Shown here: positions 24,240 to 37,255 of the stretch, piece after piece
Layout: each line of letters starts with the position of its first letter
Numbering within the stretch: the stretch's first letter is position 1
NCBI GenBank assembly: GCA_001643675.2
Contig: LSRY02000014.1
Span: 1,488,001-1,552,000, forward strand
Length of the DNA: 64,000 bases
Reading direction: 5' to 3'
DNA from: Monocercomonoides exilis PA203
Lineage: Eukaryota; Protista; Preaxostyla
Program-made: the position numbers and the translations under genes
The notes under the pieces: model-generated
Told to the model about the DNA's origin: nothing
What the model saw: only the letters and a program-made list of their open reading frames with translations
The model's database searches: none

Positions 24240-27024
24240 TTCCAAGAAAGCTCTCTTCAAAATCTTGAATAATTCTGATCATGCCCATAACTGCAATTGC
24301 GATGTTTTTTCTCCCTTTCTTGCTTCAACATCAGATTTTGTTGCTTCTCTCTTCAAAAAAGGCAAAAAGGATAAAATGTTGTCTTTATGAAGAAAAAATA
24401 TTTGAAGAATTCAATTATAAAAAAAAATTGAGTGAATATATAATAGATAAAAAGAAAAGAAAAGAAAAATATTTCCATTGCAAACCATTTTAATCCACAT
24501 GAAATGTATTTTGAAAGGATGAGAAATGATCCCAAATCGAAATGATATTGAATAGATTTTGCAAACAAATGCTGGAAAAAACATGGAGGAATTGAATTCC
24601 ATCATAAGAAGCAAACTCTTCAGAAAAAGGAGAGATCATGAGCGTTGAATCGAATAAACAGGGGAAATGTGAGTTGAAAATGAAGATGCGCTTCGATTTT
24701 GCAAAAGATACCCAAAGCTGTAAAAAGGCATTGTTGATCGTTCGAAGAAGATGATGGGTGAGAAAATTGTGCCTCTTCCACTCCAATCTGAAAAAATGAT
24801 CTTCTGAAATCACTTTCCTTCAAAATTCCTTTCCATTTATTTTTCAACTTTCAACAGACATTTTCTTGTTTGACTCAGTATTTTTCTTCTTCTTTTCTTT
24901 TTCTGTTTCACTGTTTCCTTTTTCCTTTTTCCTTTCTTCATCAAAAAATAGTTCTTTTGCTACACAAGCATTCTCATCATCATTTGGTTGCAATGTCTTC
25001 GAACTTCAACATTTTTGACTCAATGCCTGCATGTTCTGCTCCTTCCTTCTCTTCCTCTTTCGAAATAAACAGCATCCACTCATTCCAAAAAAAATATTTT
25101 TTTTTTAAATCTCTTTATCTTGATAAAGTGGTGCATTCTCCTTGAATCTTTTTGATGGAGGTGTTCAGAGCATTTTTCTTGCTGAATCTTCCACATCTTA
25201 ACTGCTGGGAAGCTGCTGAAAATCGATGTTCAAACTGAAGGCTAAAGAAATGAAAATGTGAGAGGAAACTCACCAAAAGCAGAAAAAGCAGTCCAAGAAA
25301 TTGAATCTCTTCAATGCATCAGCACGAGCCAATAAGAATGCACAACGACAACATCAAATGCTATTGTCATTTATTCTATTTCTTGGGAAGATAAAATATT
25401 CCATCATGAAAAAGAGAAGGCAATAATGAATAAAATGCGGGGAAACAGAATACTGAATAAATATTTGAATAATAACTCAAAATGAAGTTCAATACAAACC
25501 TCACAAGCACCACAAGCAAACAGTTTCTTGCAAATGATATTCTTTATTCAGTGTTCTAAATGCTTTCACCAATGTTGCAATTGAACGGAAATTCAACTTT
25601 GCTGTTGCCTTTAGCTTGGCCAACCCTTTCTTATTTTTCTGATATTCTTTTTTATTGTTTCATTCCGTTTTAAGTCCATTTCTTTCATCAATTTCTTTGA
25701 TCTTCTTGGAGTCCAATCTGCCTTTATGCTTTTTTCCTCATTCGTCAAACAGCTCCCTTTGTTAAATGTTCTTTTAATCAGATCAAAGATTTCTTTGCTT
25801 TGCTTTTCCTTTCGCTTTTCCATTCAAATCATTAACCAATTTCTAAGTTTCTCCACTGGACTTGTTTTATTCTCTTTTGCATCATTCACAATTCTTTTGG
25901 AGACATTCCATTCAATTCCCTTTTTCTGTCCAACTTTGCAGCAAGCCTTCTTCGCGAATGACTTTGAGGCGAAATTTGACTTTTCTTCTGGAAAAGAATT
26001 TATGGAAAATGAATTAGAAGAAAACCATTTGCATTCACCAAAACAGAAAATAAGAAATTGAAAAATAGCAATTAGCAACAAACTTTGATTTCTCAGCCAC
26101 CAAAGGAAAATGGTAATTAGAGAAAAAAAATGGTTGTTGTCTGATGAAAATCAATGCTTCAAGTGATATGTTCAAAGAAGATGGAACGAATCAATAAAAC
26201 TGAAGTCCTGTGATGAAATAGATTAAAAAGAATGCTGGTGTAAAGGTAATCCCAAGTGTGCATCTGGATGCATAAGTGCAGAAAACTGATGAAATTCAAG
26301 ATTCTGAGTTTTGAAGCTTTGATGGATGAGGCTTTCAGAGGAATTCAAAAGAATAATGAGCATTTCGTGAAGTCCACTGCTCTTTTGTTGAAAAAACAAA
26401 TGAGCTTTCAAATGGAACGATATTGGCGATTACGCATCCTTCAATTGAATCACAGACATTTTCCATTTTCCTCATTTAAGTTTGCACTTTTCTTTCTTTT
26501 GAACGCATAACCCGAAGCAAATGTACTATTTTCCTTTTCCTGAGTGTGAGAGATGTTTGATTTTTTGTGTGTATTACCGCGCTGAATGATCAACTTGTTG
26601 CTGACATCAAAATCCTTTTCAGCAAAAAAATGCAAATTTTGAGTTTTAAGACTCTGTCAGATTTGAAAATGTGTTTTCAATGACTTGTGGTCAATTGCAT
26701 CCCAGTTTTGAATTTGCCAATAAAGATGATAACGAAAAAAACGGAATAATTTATAAAATTGGTAAAAGATATCTTTCTACTCGACATTGTTCACCGAAAC
26801 AAAGTCCATTTATGCAAATTGGGATGGCGACTCCATTTTCATGTATAGCAGATTCACTTCCGCTTTAATGGCAAAGATTTTGGTAATTAATTCTGAATGA
26901 ATTCTTTCATTTTATTATGGGTGGATAACTTTTAAACATTTTTACGATATTTAAAAAAAAAATTATTCCTATTTGTTATTTGTGTTTCTGAAATAAAAAC
27001 AAATTCAAATAAAAATTAAAAAAG

Positions 27025-27752
27025 TTATGCAGTCTTCTTCTTTGAGACACCGATTGTGTGTCCATGACGGCCTGTTGTCTTCGTGTGCTGTCCACGTACG
27101 CGGATTCCTCTCATGTGACGCAGACCACGATGAGCTCTGTTAAAATGAATATAAGTCAAATTGCATATAATCAAAGCAAAAATGATTTGTAAGAAAATCG
27201 AAGCAAACCTGATTTTCTTGAGACGTTCAATTGCATCACGAATATGAATATCAACTTGTTGTGAAGTGGCGTGTGATGAAGTTCCGTCCTTTATATCTCT
27301 TCGATGGTTCAGGAAGTATTCAGGTATTTTGTGATCGAGTGGATTCTCTATAACCTTAATGAGACGATCGATTTCACTTTGAGTCAGTTGACCTGCTCTG
27401 AAAAATCAACGTTTTAAGAAATGAATGGTTTTTAAAATAGGATATTAACAAAATTTGAAAAAAAAAATAAAAAAACTTAAAATTGAAAACAAAACCTTTT
27501 GGTTGTGTCAACATTTGCGCGTTTGCACACAAGGGTGGAAAAACGACGGCCAATGCCTTTAATTGCGGTTAGTGCATAAACAACATTCTCTGTTCCGTTG
27601 ATGTTGGTATTAAACACACGAAGAATGTGCTGGAAGTTCTCTGGGGCAACAAGTGTCTACATCACATATTTAGTTCGCAAAAAAGAATAGATTATTTGCA
27701 AATAAGAGGCTTTTTGATTTGAGTTGTTTTGTTACCAAAAAAAGCAAACCAT
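27025..27752 (-). CDS. RPS18: 40S ribosomal protein S18 (uS13), 154 aa, 4 exons
   Basis: join(27752-27750, 27656-27496, 27397-27209, 27136-27025) gives [41 protein letters not shown]...KRAGQLT...[44 protein letters not shown]. All introns are GT-AG and phases are consistent. Confidence 0.97.
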
Positions 27753-28203
27753 GGTTTGTTTATTGATCGATAAATGTCTTTGAGGGATTATTTTTTAGTG
27801 ATCCCTTTTTTTCTAAAATTCTTAAATTCACAAATTTATGTGAAAAAAGTTATTATTTTGTTTTAAAAAAAGAAGATAAACTTAAAATAAAAACAATTAT
27901 TTTGGATGCTCTGCTACTCATGGAATGCTTTGTCAAAACTGGAAACAGTAAAAAAATAATTCTTAAAACTAGAAATTTCAGACATCAAGAAGATTGAAAA
28001 AAATATAAAAATAACTCAAATGCTGCTTTATATTGCTAAAAACGTAAGAATCAAAAGAAAGAATAATTTGCCTCAACTAATTGTGGAAGATCGTAAGAGA
28101 TGTGTTTTATCAATGAATTGGTGAGTTGATAAATTAATTGTCTTTTATTGTTTTTCTTTTTGTTTTTCTTTTGTTTTGTTTCCGCACAAAATCGAAATGA
28201 AAT

Positions 28204-29425
28204 TTATGATGGGGGATTTGCAACAGAATTCGGTAATGGGACATAATTTCCTGATGATTTGAAAATAATTATTGAATCAAAGAAAGAAAGAGATAGAGAT
28301 AGAGAAAGAGAGAGAAAGAGAGAGAAAGAGAGAGAAAGAGAGAGAAAGAGAGAGAAAGAGAGAGAAAGAGAAAGAAAGAAAGAAGCCAAAAAGAAAAAGA
28401 AAAAAAAAATTAATTATCACCCAACAAAAAACCCTCGCTCCAAAACAGCACACTATTTGATTTCACTCTCTTTCTCCACACAAAACAGACGTAGACAGAC
28501 AAGATGATGCAAGCCACACAGCACACTCCAAGCACAGCAATGAATGTGTACATGATCGACGGCTGTGGATTCGGAAACTTGACATAACTCGTCGGAACTG
28601 GAGGGTTCTTCATGCCACACACAACGGCTCTGTTCAGCTCGTATTCTGAGTCGTATTTCGTGTCTGACAGCGGAGAAACAGGCGTTTCGCTGTGTGAAAA
28701 CGACTTCACATTCACTTCTGTGCTGCCTGCCTCGTTCGACACAAACATTCCTCGCCATTTGTCTTGGAACGTTTTCAATGAGCAGTTCACTTCTGAACAA
28801 CCCGTCGGCACAAATTCTTTCCACAGCTCTTCGTTCCTCGCTTTCTCCTCGCTCGTCTGATAGTAAAATTTGACTGTTGCTTGCGCTTTCTTCTCTTCTG
28901 CTGTGCCTGAGTCAGGTGCATGCAGCTCAATGATGACAGCCGAGGCATAGTAAGGATAAGGTGACGGGAGCGTCAGACGCGCCGGCTCGTCGTTTGAGGC
29001 AGAGGAAAGCGAAAGACGCGCCTTCACAGCAGAATCCGTGGGGAAAGGGTCGCCAGGGTACAAAGCAGCTAAGAGAGAAGACAAAGTTGTGTCGTGTGCG
29101 GAGTAGAGACGGAACTTCTTCGCTTTCGAAGAGCCAGCGCTGTCCAGTGAGCTTAGATCGTTGTTCATGTTTTTGGAGAAGAGTTCGTAGAACAACATTC
29201 CATTGGCTGCTTTAAACCATTTTGAATCGTCAACGTTAAAATAATGCTTTCGAACTGGGGCATAAAATTATAAAAAAAACAGGAGCAAGAAACAATTAAT
29301 ACATCTTTTTTATTAAAAAAAAACACGTCAATAAAAATCTAATCACACTTTCTTTCATTCCTTTAACCAATTTCAATCCAAGTTCCAATTCTTCATTGGT
29401 TAATCGCCTATGAACATAACGTTAA

Positions 29426-29482
<57 letters not shown>

Positions 29483-30317
29483 CAATATGTTCAGAAATAA
29501 AAATAAAATAAGCTTTTAACAAAAAGCAAAAGCAGACTTATATATCCCTTGGATAATCATTGCGTCGAGAACATTTTCCATTGTGGAAATATCACAAGTC
29601 ACATTCATCTTCTTAGAAAGTGAATCAAAAGTTGGTTGAAGGACATTTTTTAATGTTGCAGCGCTTGATGAGTCAAGATATTTCTGGAATGAATTTTTGC
29701 ATATCGGACTTTTCGATTATTCAAAAAACAGGAAGATAAAAATTCAAGAACATTTCTGCTAAGTTATCAAAGAACATACCAAACATGAAATCCGAGGAGA
29801 AGAAGTTCTTCCTCTTTTGCCTCAACCTCTATCGGTATTGCACGAACACTGCTCTCAGTTTCCTCCATTGGATAGAGGCCAGCAAGAAGAGACCATGCGG
29901 AAAGCAAGCATCGATTGTAATCAGATGAACGTCCGTAAAATTCTGATGGCTTGTATTGAGAAGAAAGAGAAAGAAGGTTCCCTTCCACGTAGTGCTTTCT
30001 TAGTGCTTCTCCCAAAGCTTTTTGTTGTTTCAGGCCTCTTGGTGTTATCTCTCCAGGTAAACCAGGATTTTCATATCCCTAAAAAATATGTTTTAAGAAA
30101 AAATTGCGTCAACAATTTGTCAACGTATTAAAAGAAATGCACATGCATTAACTAAAATGTTAGGACCACGATCACCTGTGTAGTAATAATTGAAAATATT
30201 TTTGTTTAAAAAAGTAACATTCTCAAACATTCACAAACCGTGTCTTGTTAAAACTGTCACAGAGAGTAGTTCAGAAAGAATGCAATGGAAGAAAAATAAA
30301 AATAAGAGTGATTTCAT
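28204..30317 (-). CDS. Histidine acid phosphatase (lysosomal acid phosphatase-like, signal peptide + C-terminal TM), ~499 aa
   Basis: join(30317-30239, 30175-30153, 30078-29780, 29708-29538, 29407-29349, 29254-28433, 28250-28204). Catalytic RHGDRGP motif is split by intron 1; also RSSDYNRCLLSA and YSAHDTT (HD) motifs and TM FIAVLGVCCVACIILSVYVCFV. The last exon is less certain (alternative stop at 28410). Confidence 0.88.
28281..28384. repeat. GA-rich microsatellite (GAGAGAAA-type units)
   Basis: Directly visible purine-only repeat inside the predicted last intron of the phosphatase. Confidence 0.85.
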
Positions 30318-31099
30318 TGTCCTTAAGCTGAAATCACAATAAATATAACAATATTGATCTTAGCCCAATCTTAATAGAATCTTCAAATTTTTAATGTTTG
30401 TGCAAATTAATTTTATCTCAGAAACTTAAGTGTATCATCTCAAATAGAGGAAAAATCAGAAAACTGATGCAACTTTTTGTATTTTTTCGAATGAATGAAA
30501 CAAAAGAATAAATAAATTCTCTGAACAATATTCTTTCGAAAAACCTACACCAACAATTTTTTTTTTTACCAAAGTGTATTTTATTCTCTTAAAAATTAAG
30601 CCTTTGTGACTTAGAATGAAATTTTGTTTCAAGTCAGTCAGTGACTTATAGATAATTGAACAAAATATTATGATCATTCCGGTACCATAACATAGAGAGA
30701 AAAAATATAAAGAAAATTTCTCTGCGCTTATATGATGATATTAATTCAAAATTGGCATTATATCATATTCAATTATTACTTTTTTGTATTTTTGACTTCT
30801 AAGAACAGTTGATTTCTAGCCATTTTGTACAAACTGACAATTTGTTTTTTTTTCATTGTTTTCATTTCATCCGTTTGATAATTCATTCTGATTTTTTAAA
30901 TGCTTTCTTTCTTTTTAACAAACTTCTTTGTTGTGTAACATTAGAAAAAACTGCTAATCTTGGAATACTTTTTTTTATGATATTTAAGATTGAGAAAAAA
31001 ATTTAACATTTCATTGCTCATATTTATTGAACAACATTCAAAATGAACAACATATGGAATAATAAAAAAGTTTTTAATTTTCAAATTAAATGTTTCATC

Positions 31100-31906
31100 C
31101 ATTTTTCCCAGAAATGCACTTTCATAAACAATTCAAAATAGCACTTCCATCTTTTTCGATGTATTCCAGCTGTCTGTTTGCAGTCTTCCATTGCTTGCTT
31201 TGGTGCTGGATGTGAGTCAGCGTAAATACTTCTTCAAAATGTACTTGAGCCAACCGGATGAACACAATGTGGCTGATTGGAAGGTGCTTTACATGTTGTT
31301 TGATTCCAGAGCGATTTGATAAGACAGCGAGTTGGCGCTGGATGAAGCGGTGAGCTAGAAATTTTCGGAGGTATCGTATGTGGAGTTGTACAGGGGAATT
31401 GAGGTTGGACTAAAGTTGAGAGTGGATGCTGTGAAATCGCAAGTTGAGAAGAAAAAAAGTGTCGGATGCAATGTTCTGGATAGTACAACTGCTAATGTGG
31501 CAATAAGGGCTGCATATGAATTGGAATTAAGTGGAAGATGCGATATGAATTGCGCTGCCACTTGAGGATAACGCGTGTGTGCAATTTTGTTTTGCGACAG
31601 ATTAACAGATGAAGAGGGAGAAAAGGCCAATGCCTTGTCAAGCTTCATCAAGATCTTCTTTTCTTCTTCTTCTTCTTCATCTTTTGCTTCTCCAAATATT
31701 TTCAATCATTATCCAAATAATCTTTTTTCCTCTTCCTCTTCCTCCTCTTCTTCCTCTTCTTCCTCTTCTTCCTCTTCTTCCTCTTCTTTTGCATTTTCCT
31801 CTTCAGAAATAATGATTGAAGTGGATTGTTCAACGAAGATAGTTTTATTGTCATTTCTTTTTATTGTGTTCATTTCATAATTGTTCATATGAAAGAGATA
31901 ATGCAT
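31100..31906 (-). pseudogene. Disrupted coding-like cargo (poly-Glu followed by a stop-interrupted frame) inside the hAT element
   Basis: ORFs 31709-31906 and 31355-31705 are in one frame separated by stops, and the frame continues with more stops toward ~31130. No recognisable domain. Confidence 0.35.
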
Positions 31907-32008
31907 TTTTATCCCTTGTTTATTGAGATATATTTGAAGGTTTCAAAAAATGAAATGTGTCAAAAAAAACTTAGCTGAACAAAATTGCAAAAAATGAATA
32001 AAGAAAAA

Positions 32009-34864
32009 CTATATTAAAAGCAATGCATTGAGATTGTTGAATGAAAGAGAGTGTCTGTTGTCTCCAGTGATTCTTTTCATCCTCGAGAAAATTCGTTCAC
32101 AGCTTGCTTCGCTGCATGGTGATGAAACAATAGAAAAACAAATATTCGAATATATGGTGTGATCGAAACTTTTCTTAGATAAGTTAATGTAATAGATTTG
32201 AGCATTATCTTCAATAACAGAACTTGGCGATGCACTCAGCTCACTTTGGTATATCTTCATACATAATTCTTTCAGCCTATGATCTTCTTGAAATAAAACT
32301 GAATTTATTAATATTTCAGACCTTCGCTCCATCCGATTGTTCCAATCTGACGTGATACAAGAAGATATATTGATGCACATTTCGTCTTCTTTGTCAGTCG
32401 AATGTGGAGAGATGATATCAAAAACTTTGCTTTCAAAAAGCAATTCAACTTCATCCTCTTCCGATTCAATTTCAACACCTAAAGATTCATTCGTATCTGA
32501 AAATGAATCAGATGATCTTGATGATGATGTAAAAAAAGATGATGAACAAGACGAAGATGATGGTGGAGACGAAGACGATGAAGATGATGAAGATGAAGAT
32601 GGAGATCTTGTCACTGAATCAAAAATATTAGCTGTTTGAAAATCAGGATCTTTCATATCTTTTTCTGCCATTAAAATTCCAAGAGGATCTTCTTCTAAAT
32701 CATCCGAATCGTTTTCATATTCCTCTTTTGTCTTTAATTCTTCTGGCTGTGGTGCTTCACCTTTTTCGACAGTATCTGCAATTCGAAGGAGTTTGATGAT
32801 TTCTGCACAGACGTCATCAAGTTTCTTTTCTTCATGCATATCATCAAAGCAATTGAAATACTGAGACATTGTGAAAAAGCTGACCTGTTCATCTCTAACA
32901 GATGAATGAAATCTTTCCAAAGCAAGATTGAAACTATCATTTGATAAATAGAAATTATGTGTCATAGAAAATGGAGAGAAAGTATTAATTGGAAAAGGAG
33001 AAGAAATATCACTAAGTTGATTTTTATCCAAACTGGAAGAAGAACAATTGGATAAATTTGATTGCAATGAAGATGAAAAAGATGAATTTGTCGAGTTAAA
33101 AAAATCTGAGTGTGATGAAATATCCCTTGGTTGTGAAAACGAGGAAGATCTAATTCGAACGAATCTATTGTCTTCATTAATTTGACCTTGTTTATCAATA
33201 GTTTTTACCGAATTTGAATGCTCACTGATTGAATTGAGAAGATGTGCTGTTCCTCCTTTTGAATCCAACTTTTCTATCACGTGTTTTGCTTCAATAAATG
33301 AATTTGTAAATTCATTTCTAATGAACTTTTGCATTCCACCTGGTGTTAAAACGTGTGCCAGTGATATCATTTCACCTGTTTTTCCAAATAAAAAATGGTT
33401 ATGCATCAGAACAAGAATATTAGTAATTGCATTTTGCCAATTTGAAGATCTGAATCTTTGGAAGCATTTAATTCCATATAATATTCCAATTGTTTGAAGG
33501 ATCATGGGGAAAATTTCACCAAGTTTTGTGTGATCGTTTTCCAAAAAAAGTTGCAGCCTATGAATAGGAAATAACAGTAATTCCATCAATACTGAATTTA
33601 ACACTTTATCTGTAGAAATCAAAGAATGTTTTAAAATATCCTCGCTGTTTTTCCTTATAAATGAGCAAATTGGGTACAAACAAAGCCATCTCGTTTGAAC
33701 AAATGAAGGACATTTTTGCTTTAGTAACTTCCTGATTGCCGAAGAATGGGCAAATTTTGCAAAAAATGTCAGATCATTCAATATTTGTCTAAGAAAATCA
33801 ATTTTTGTGAAAGCTTTTGTAATAACTAAATTTAAAAGATGGTTAGAACAATAAATAAAAAATGGAGCAACTTTAATTTTTGATAGCAAAGATTCTTCAT
33901 ATTCTTCAAGTGATGTAGTGAAGTTTTCCAGAGCTTTTTTCTGAGGTTTTAAACCATCTGAACAGAAACACCTAACACTTGCATGTAATGACTCCAATTC
34001 TTTTATTATGATCCAGGCTAATTTTCTATAATGACTAGCATTGAAACAAGGAGGATAAACTTTCCAAAAAAAAGTTGTAGTTTCTAGTGACAGAGGAGCA
34101 ATTGTAACAACTGTGCATTTTTGTCCTCCAACTATTCCACCATCCATCATGACACAAATGCATTTTCCGTATAATTCTTTCGCCCTCTTTTCTTTTGCGA
34201 TTTCACTTTGAGAAATAATTAAGCTGCTTAATTTTCTACTTGTTAAATATGGGAATATTTTTGTTGGATGTTTGTCTGGATTTTCTTGAGAAATTTTAAT
34301 TAAGGCAGTAATGAAATTGTTAAATTCTTTCGACGATGCAGAAGCTATGGAAATGTTGCAATGACTAACAATTTGCGCAAACAGAAATTCCAAATTACTG
34401 CTTGTGTAGTTTACTGAATTGTCAAATTTTTTGGTTGGATCATCACGATTATTAATAACAGAAGAAAATTGCTTGAAACTTGTGATATTTTGTGTTAATA
34501 AAATTGAGCAATGATGATTTTTGATTCCAGCATAATTCTTCCTTCCACTGACACCGCAAACTGCATCTCCTCTTGCATTTGGACAAAGGAATTGTTTGTG
34601 ATATTCCCTAACTGGCGATCCGCATTCGTTTGATGGGATGTAAGATATCCATAATTTTTCGTTAACAACTTCCAACGTGACTTTTGTTAAAAACTCTTTT
34701 GCTTTAATAGGATGTTTGTAGACTTTGAATAATTTTTATTGCGAATCAAAATAAAAGATATTTACAAGCAAACCTGCTCCTTTTTCATTTCGTTCCACCA
34801 GAGCGAGATTCAAAAAGTTGCATCCGTATTTTTTTAATTCATCGAGTTTTCTCAAATAACTCAT
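32009..34864 (-). CDS. hAT transposase, ~934 aa, 2 exons
   Basis: join(34864-34774, 34722-32009) with a 51-nt GTTTGC...AAG intron. Motifs: CVMMDGG (D1), CSDG (D2), CSNHLLNL (CxxH), TRW, and C-terminal SPCSEASCERIFSRM (hAT dimerisation region/catalytic E). Cys/His cluster near the N-terminus. Confidence 0.92.
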
Positions 34865-35530
34865 AGCCTTATAAAAAAATGTTATCCAAAAAATGCAAGA
34901 TGAAAAACAATAAAACTATTTTCGAATCTATTAGTGCATCTTGAAACTCTTTGATTAGTGAATCTTTGTTTAAAATGATGGGCCCTGACATGACTTTTTT
35001 GACTGAGACACAAAAAGATCAACAAGTCACTGACTTGGAAATTCCCTAATTGTTGATCTGGTCATTTCCCATCATTAACAAAATATTCAAATTGATTTTT
35101 TTTTTGAAGTTATGATTTGAACATTTGAAATTCATGAAAATGATATGAGTGAATAAATTTCCTAACTGAATGAAAAATATTCCAAATTGAAAAATATTGT
35201 TTTGACTTAAAAAAATGAAAAAGTCAGTCAGAATCGTAATTTTTATCATTGAAAGTCAGTAAGTCACAAAGGCTTATTAAAAATGAATGAAAATTCGGAT
35301 TTAAAGGAATTGTGATTTATATTCTTATATTTGCTCTATTGAAAATGTTTTTTCACAATTTCGAGAAATTGTTCAAAAACAAAAATATTCCACAAAAATA
35401 CGAAATGAAACATTTCCTGAGTAGAATTCTGATAAATACCTTGAAAATGTCAGAAGATGATGGAAATTTAATAAATTTTTTGAAAGAAATAGTGTTTCAA
35501 AAAAACTTGTCTATTGTGTTCAATTTATAG

Positions 35531-35892
35531 TTGGGTGCAAAACCCGTACTTGTGCAAAAACCCGCACACTTGACATTTTCTTTCGAAATACTCTTCCACA
35601 TTCATATATGTTAAAGTGCTTCGCATTTTGATGAAACCTATAACTTTTTTTTTGTCCAATTTTTAGAATTTCGATAGAAATATTTAAAACAATAATTTTT
35701 GATCTTTTTTGATCTGTTGATCACAGTTTTTTATTTTTGAATTTTTTATTGAAATAGGAAATATTGGATAAATAAAAGTCACTGGTGGCATCAAAATGCC
35801 AAACGCTATCAAAAATATGAAAGTGGATGAGTATTTCGTTAGAAAATGTTAAGTATGCGGGTTTTTGCACAAGTGCGGGTTTATGCACACAC
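35531..35892. repeat. ~360-bp full-length foldback palindrome (MITE-like)
   Basis: GGGTGCAAAACCCGTACTTGTGCAAAAACCCGCACACTT at left pairs with AAGTATGCGGGTTTTTGCACAAGTGCGGGTTTATGCACAC at right. Imperfect pairing continues to the centre (~35710). Confidence 0.85.
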
Positions 35893-37224
35893 CATAATAT
35901 TTTCGAATAAAACTCTTTCACCGAAAAGAAATTCTCCGCAAATAACTCAAAATCGAAAAAAAATTTTTTTTATTCAAAATTTTCATTCAAGAAAAACATT
36001 TGGAAAAAATATTCGTACAAAAAATGAAAAATATGTGTGTTTATTTTTGTAATCAATTTTTTAATTCACAATTTTCGGTTCAAGAATTCCCAATGTACAT
36101 TGATCCATAATCAATGAAGAATGAAACGGCTGAATAAAAACATCTTCTTTTTTTCAGCCAATTCATTAATTCCTTAAGCTGTCGTAATAATTATGCATTT
36201 GAATATTAAACATCTTCACAATGGGACAGAAAATTTTCATTTAAGAAAAATTCAATGATTTGTTCCAAACTTTTTCGGCAATCATATGATTATTATTCAA
36301 ACATCATCGTGCAACATTAAATACAAAAACATAAAAAACCGAAAAAATTCTTTGAAAGAACTGTGTGAAACAAAATTTATTAAATATATAAAATTTTGTC
36401 CCTATGACAAACAGCGTTAGAAAAATCTGCACACGAAAAAAAGTCAGGATTTCATAAGAACTGACTCATATTAGTGAAAAATTAATTGAAAATATTTCAT
36501 TAAGACAAAAAACTTTGAATTTTTGTTATTTTGAATGACTTATATATTTTTTTTGAAATTGACAACAAAAAACGAGAATTTTGTATTTATTGAAATCAAT
36601 AAATATTGTCATTATAGCTTCTATTTGTTTTAATTCGATTGATTTTTGTCAATAATTTGATAATTTTCATGAATGATAAATTAACCTTCAATTATTTCTT
36701 TTTGAAATAAAACAATTTTTTAATGAAGATCAGGAAATTTCAACAAAACAATTATTTTTCTTTTAAAATTATTGCATTTGCCAAAATCATACACAAGAAT
36801 TTATAATGAAAAAAATGAAAATGTGTTCGAAGTTTGGAGATATCTCAGATTATTCAAAAATGGTAAGTCTACATATCTGAATCTGAATTTTGGAAAATAT
36901 AAGAATAATTAGAATGTTTTTCATTTTTTTTATCTTGGATATAATATTTTCGATTTCTAATGATAATTATTATGTGAAAATTATGCAAATGAAATTGATC
37001 AAAATACTTATTAAACTTCATAACAAATGTTTAACTTATTCAAGAGAATTAAGGTATTATGAAACAAAAGCAAATTATGTTGCATAACAAAAGAAAAATA
37101 AAATCGACATTTATTAAACATGCTGCAATAATACATCATTGATGTGAAACAAATCCGAGGAAATGAAATGAAAAAAGATTTCTCTTTTTACTAATGATTC
37201 CAAAGAAGAAGAAAAAAAAAACAT

Positions 37225-37255
<31 letters not shown>

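Larger units (their letters stand above)
30597..35276 (-). mobile_element. Complete hAT-superfamily DNA transposon (4680 bp)
   Basis: Perfect 17-bp TIRs TAAGCCTTTGTGACTTA (30597-30613) / TAAGTCACAAAGGCTTA (35260-35276). 8-bp TSD TTAAAAAT on both flanks (30589-30596, 35277-35284). Subterminal AGTCA/TGACT repeats. Encodes a hAT transposase. Confidence 0.95.

Noticed and set aside
24500-26650. Possible decayed minus-strand gene fragments
   Set aside because: Only weak coding-like patches and one GTGAGT donor. No consistent exon chain could be built.
29428-29482. 55-nt T tract as a retroposon tail
   Set aside because: It lies inside a phosphatase intron with no element body or TSD. Simple homopolymer whose length may be unreliable.
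31130-31710. Alternative genetic code (TAA/TAG = Gln, known in some oxymonads) to explain in-frame stops
   Set aside because: RPS18 ends in TAA, multi-kb ORFs contain no internal TAR codons, and the interrupted frames also contain TGA.
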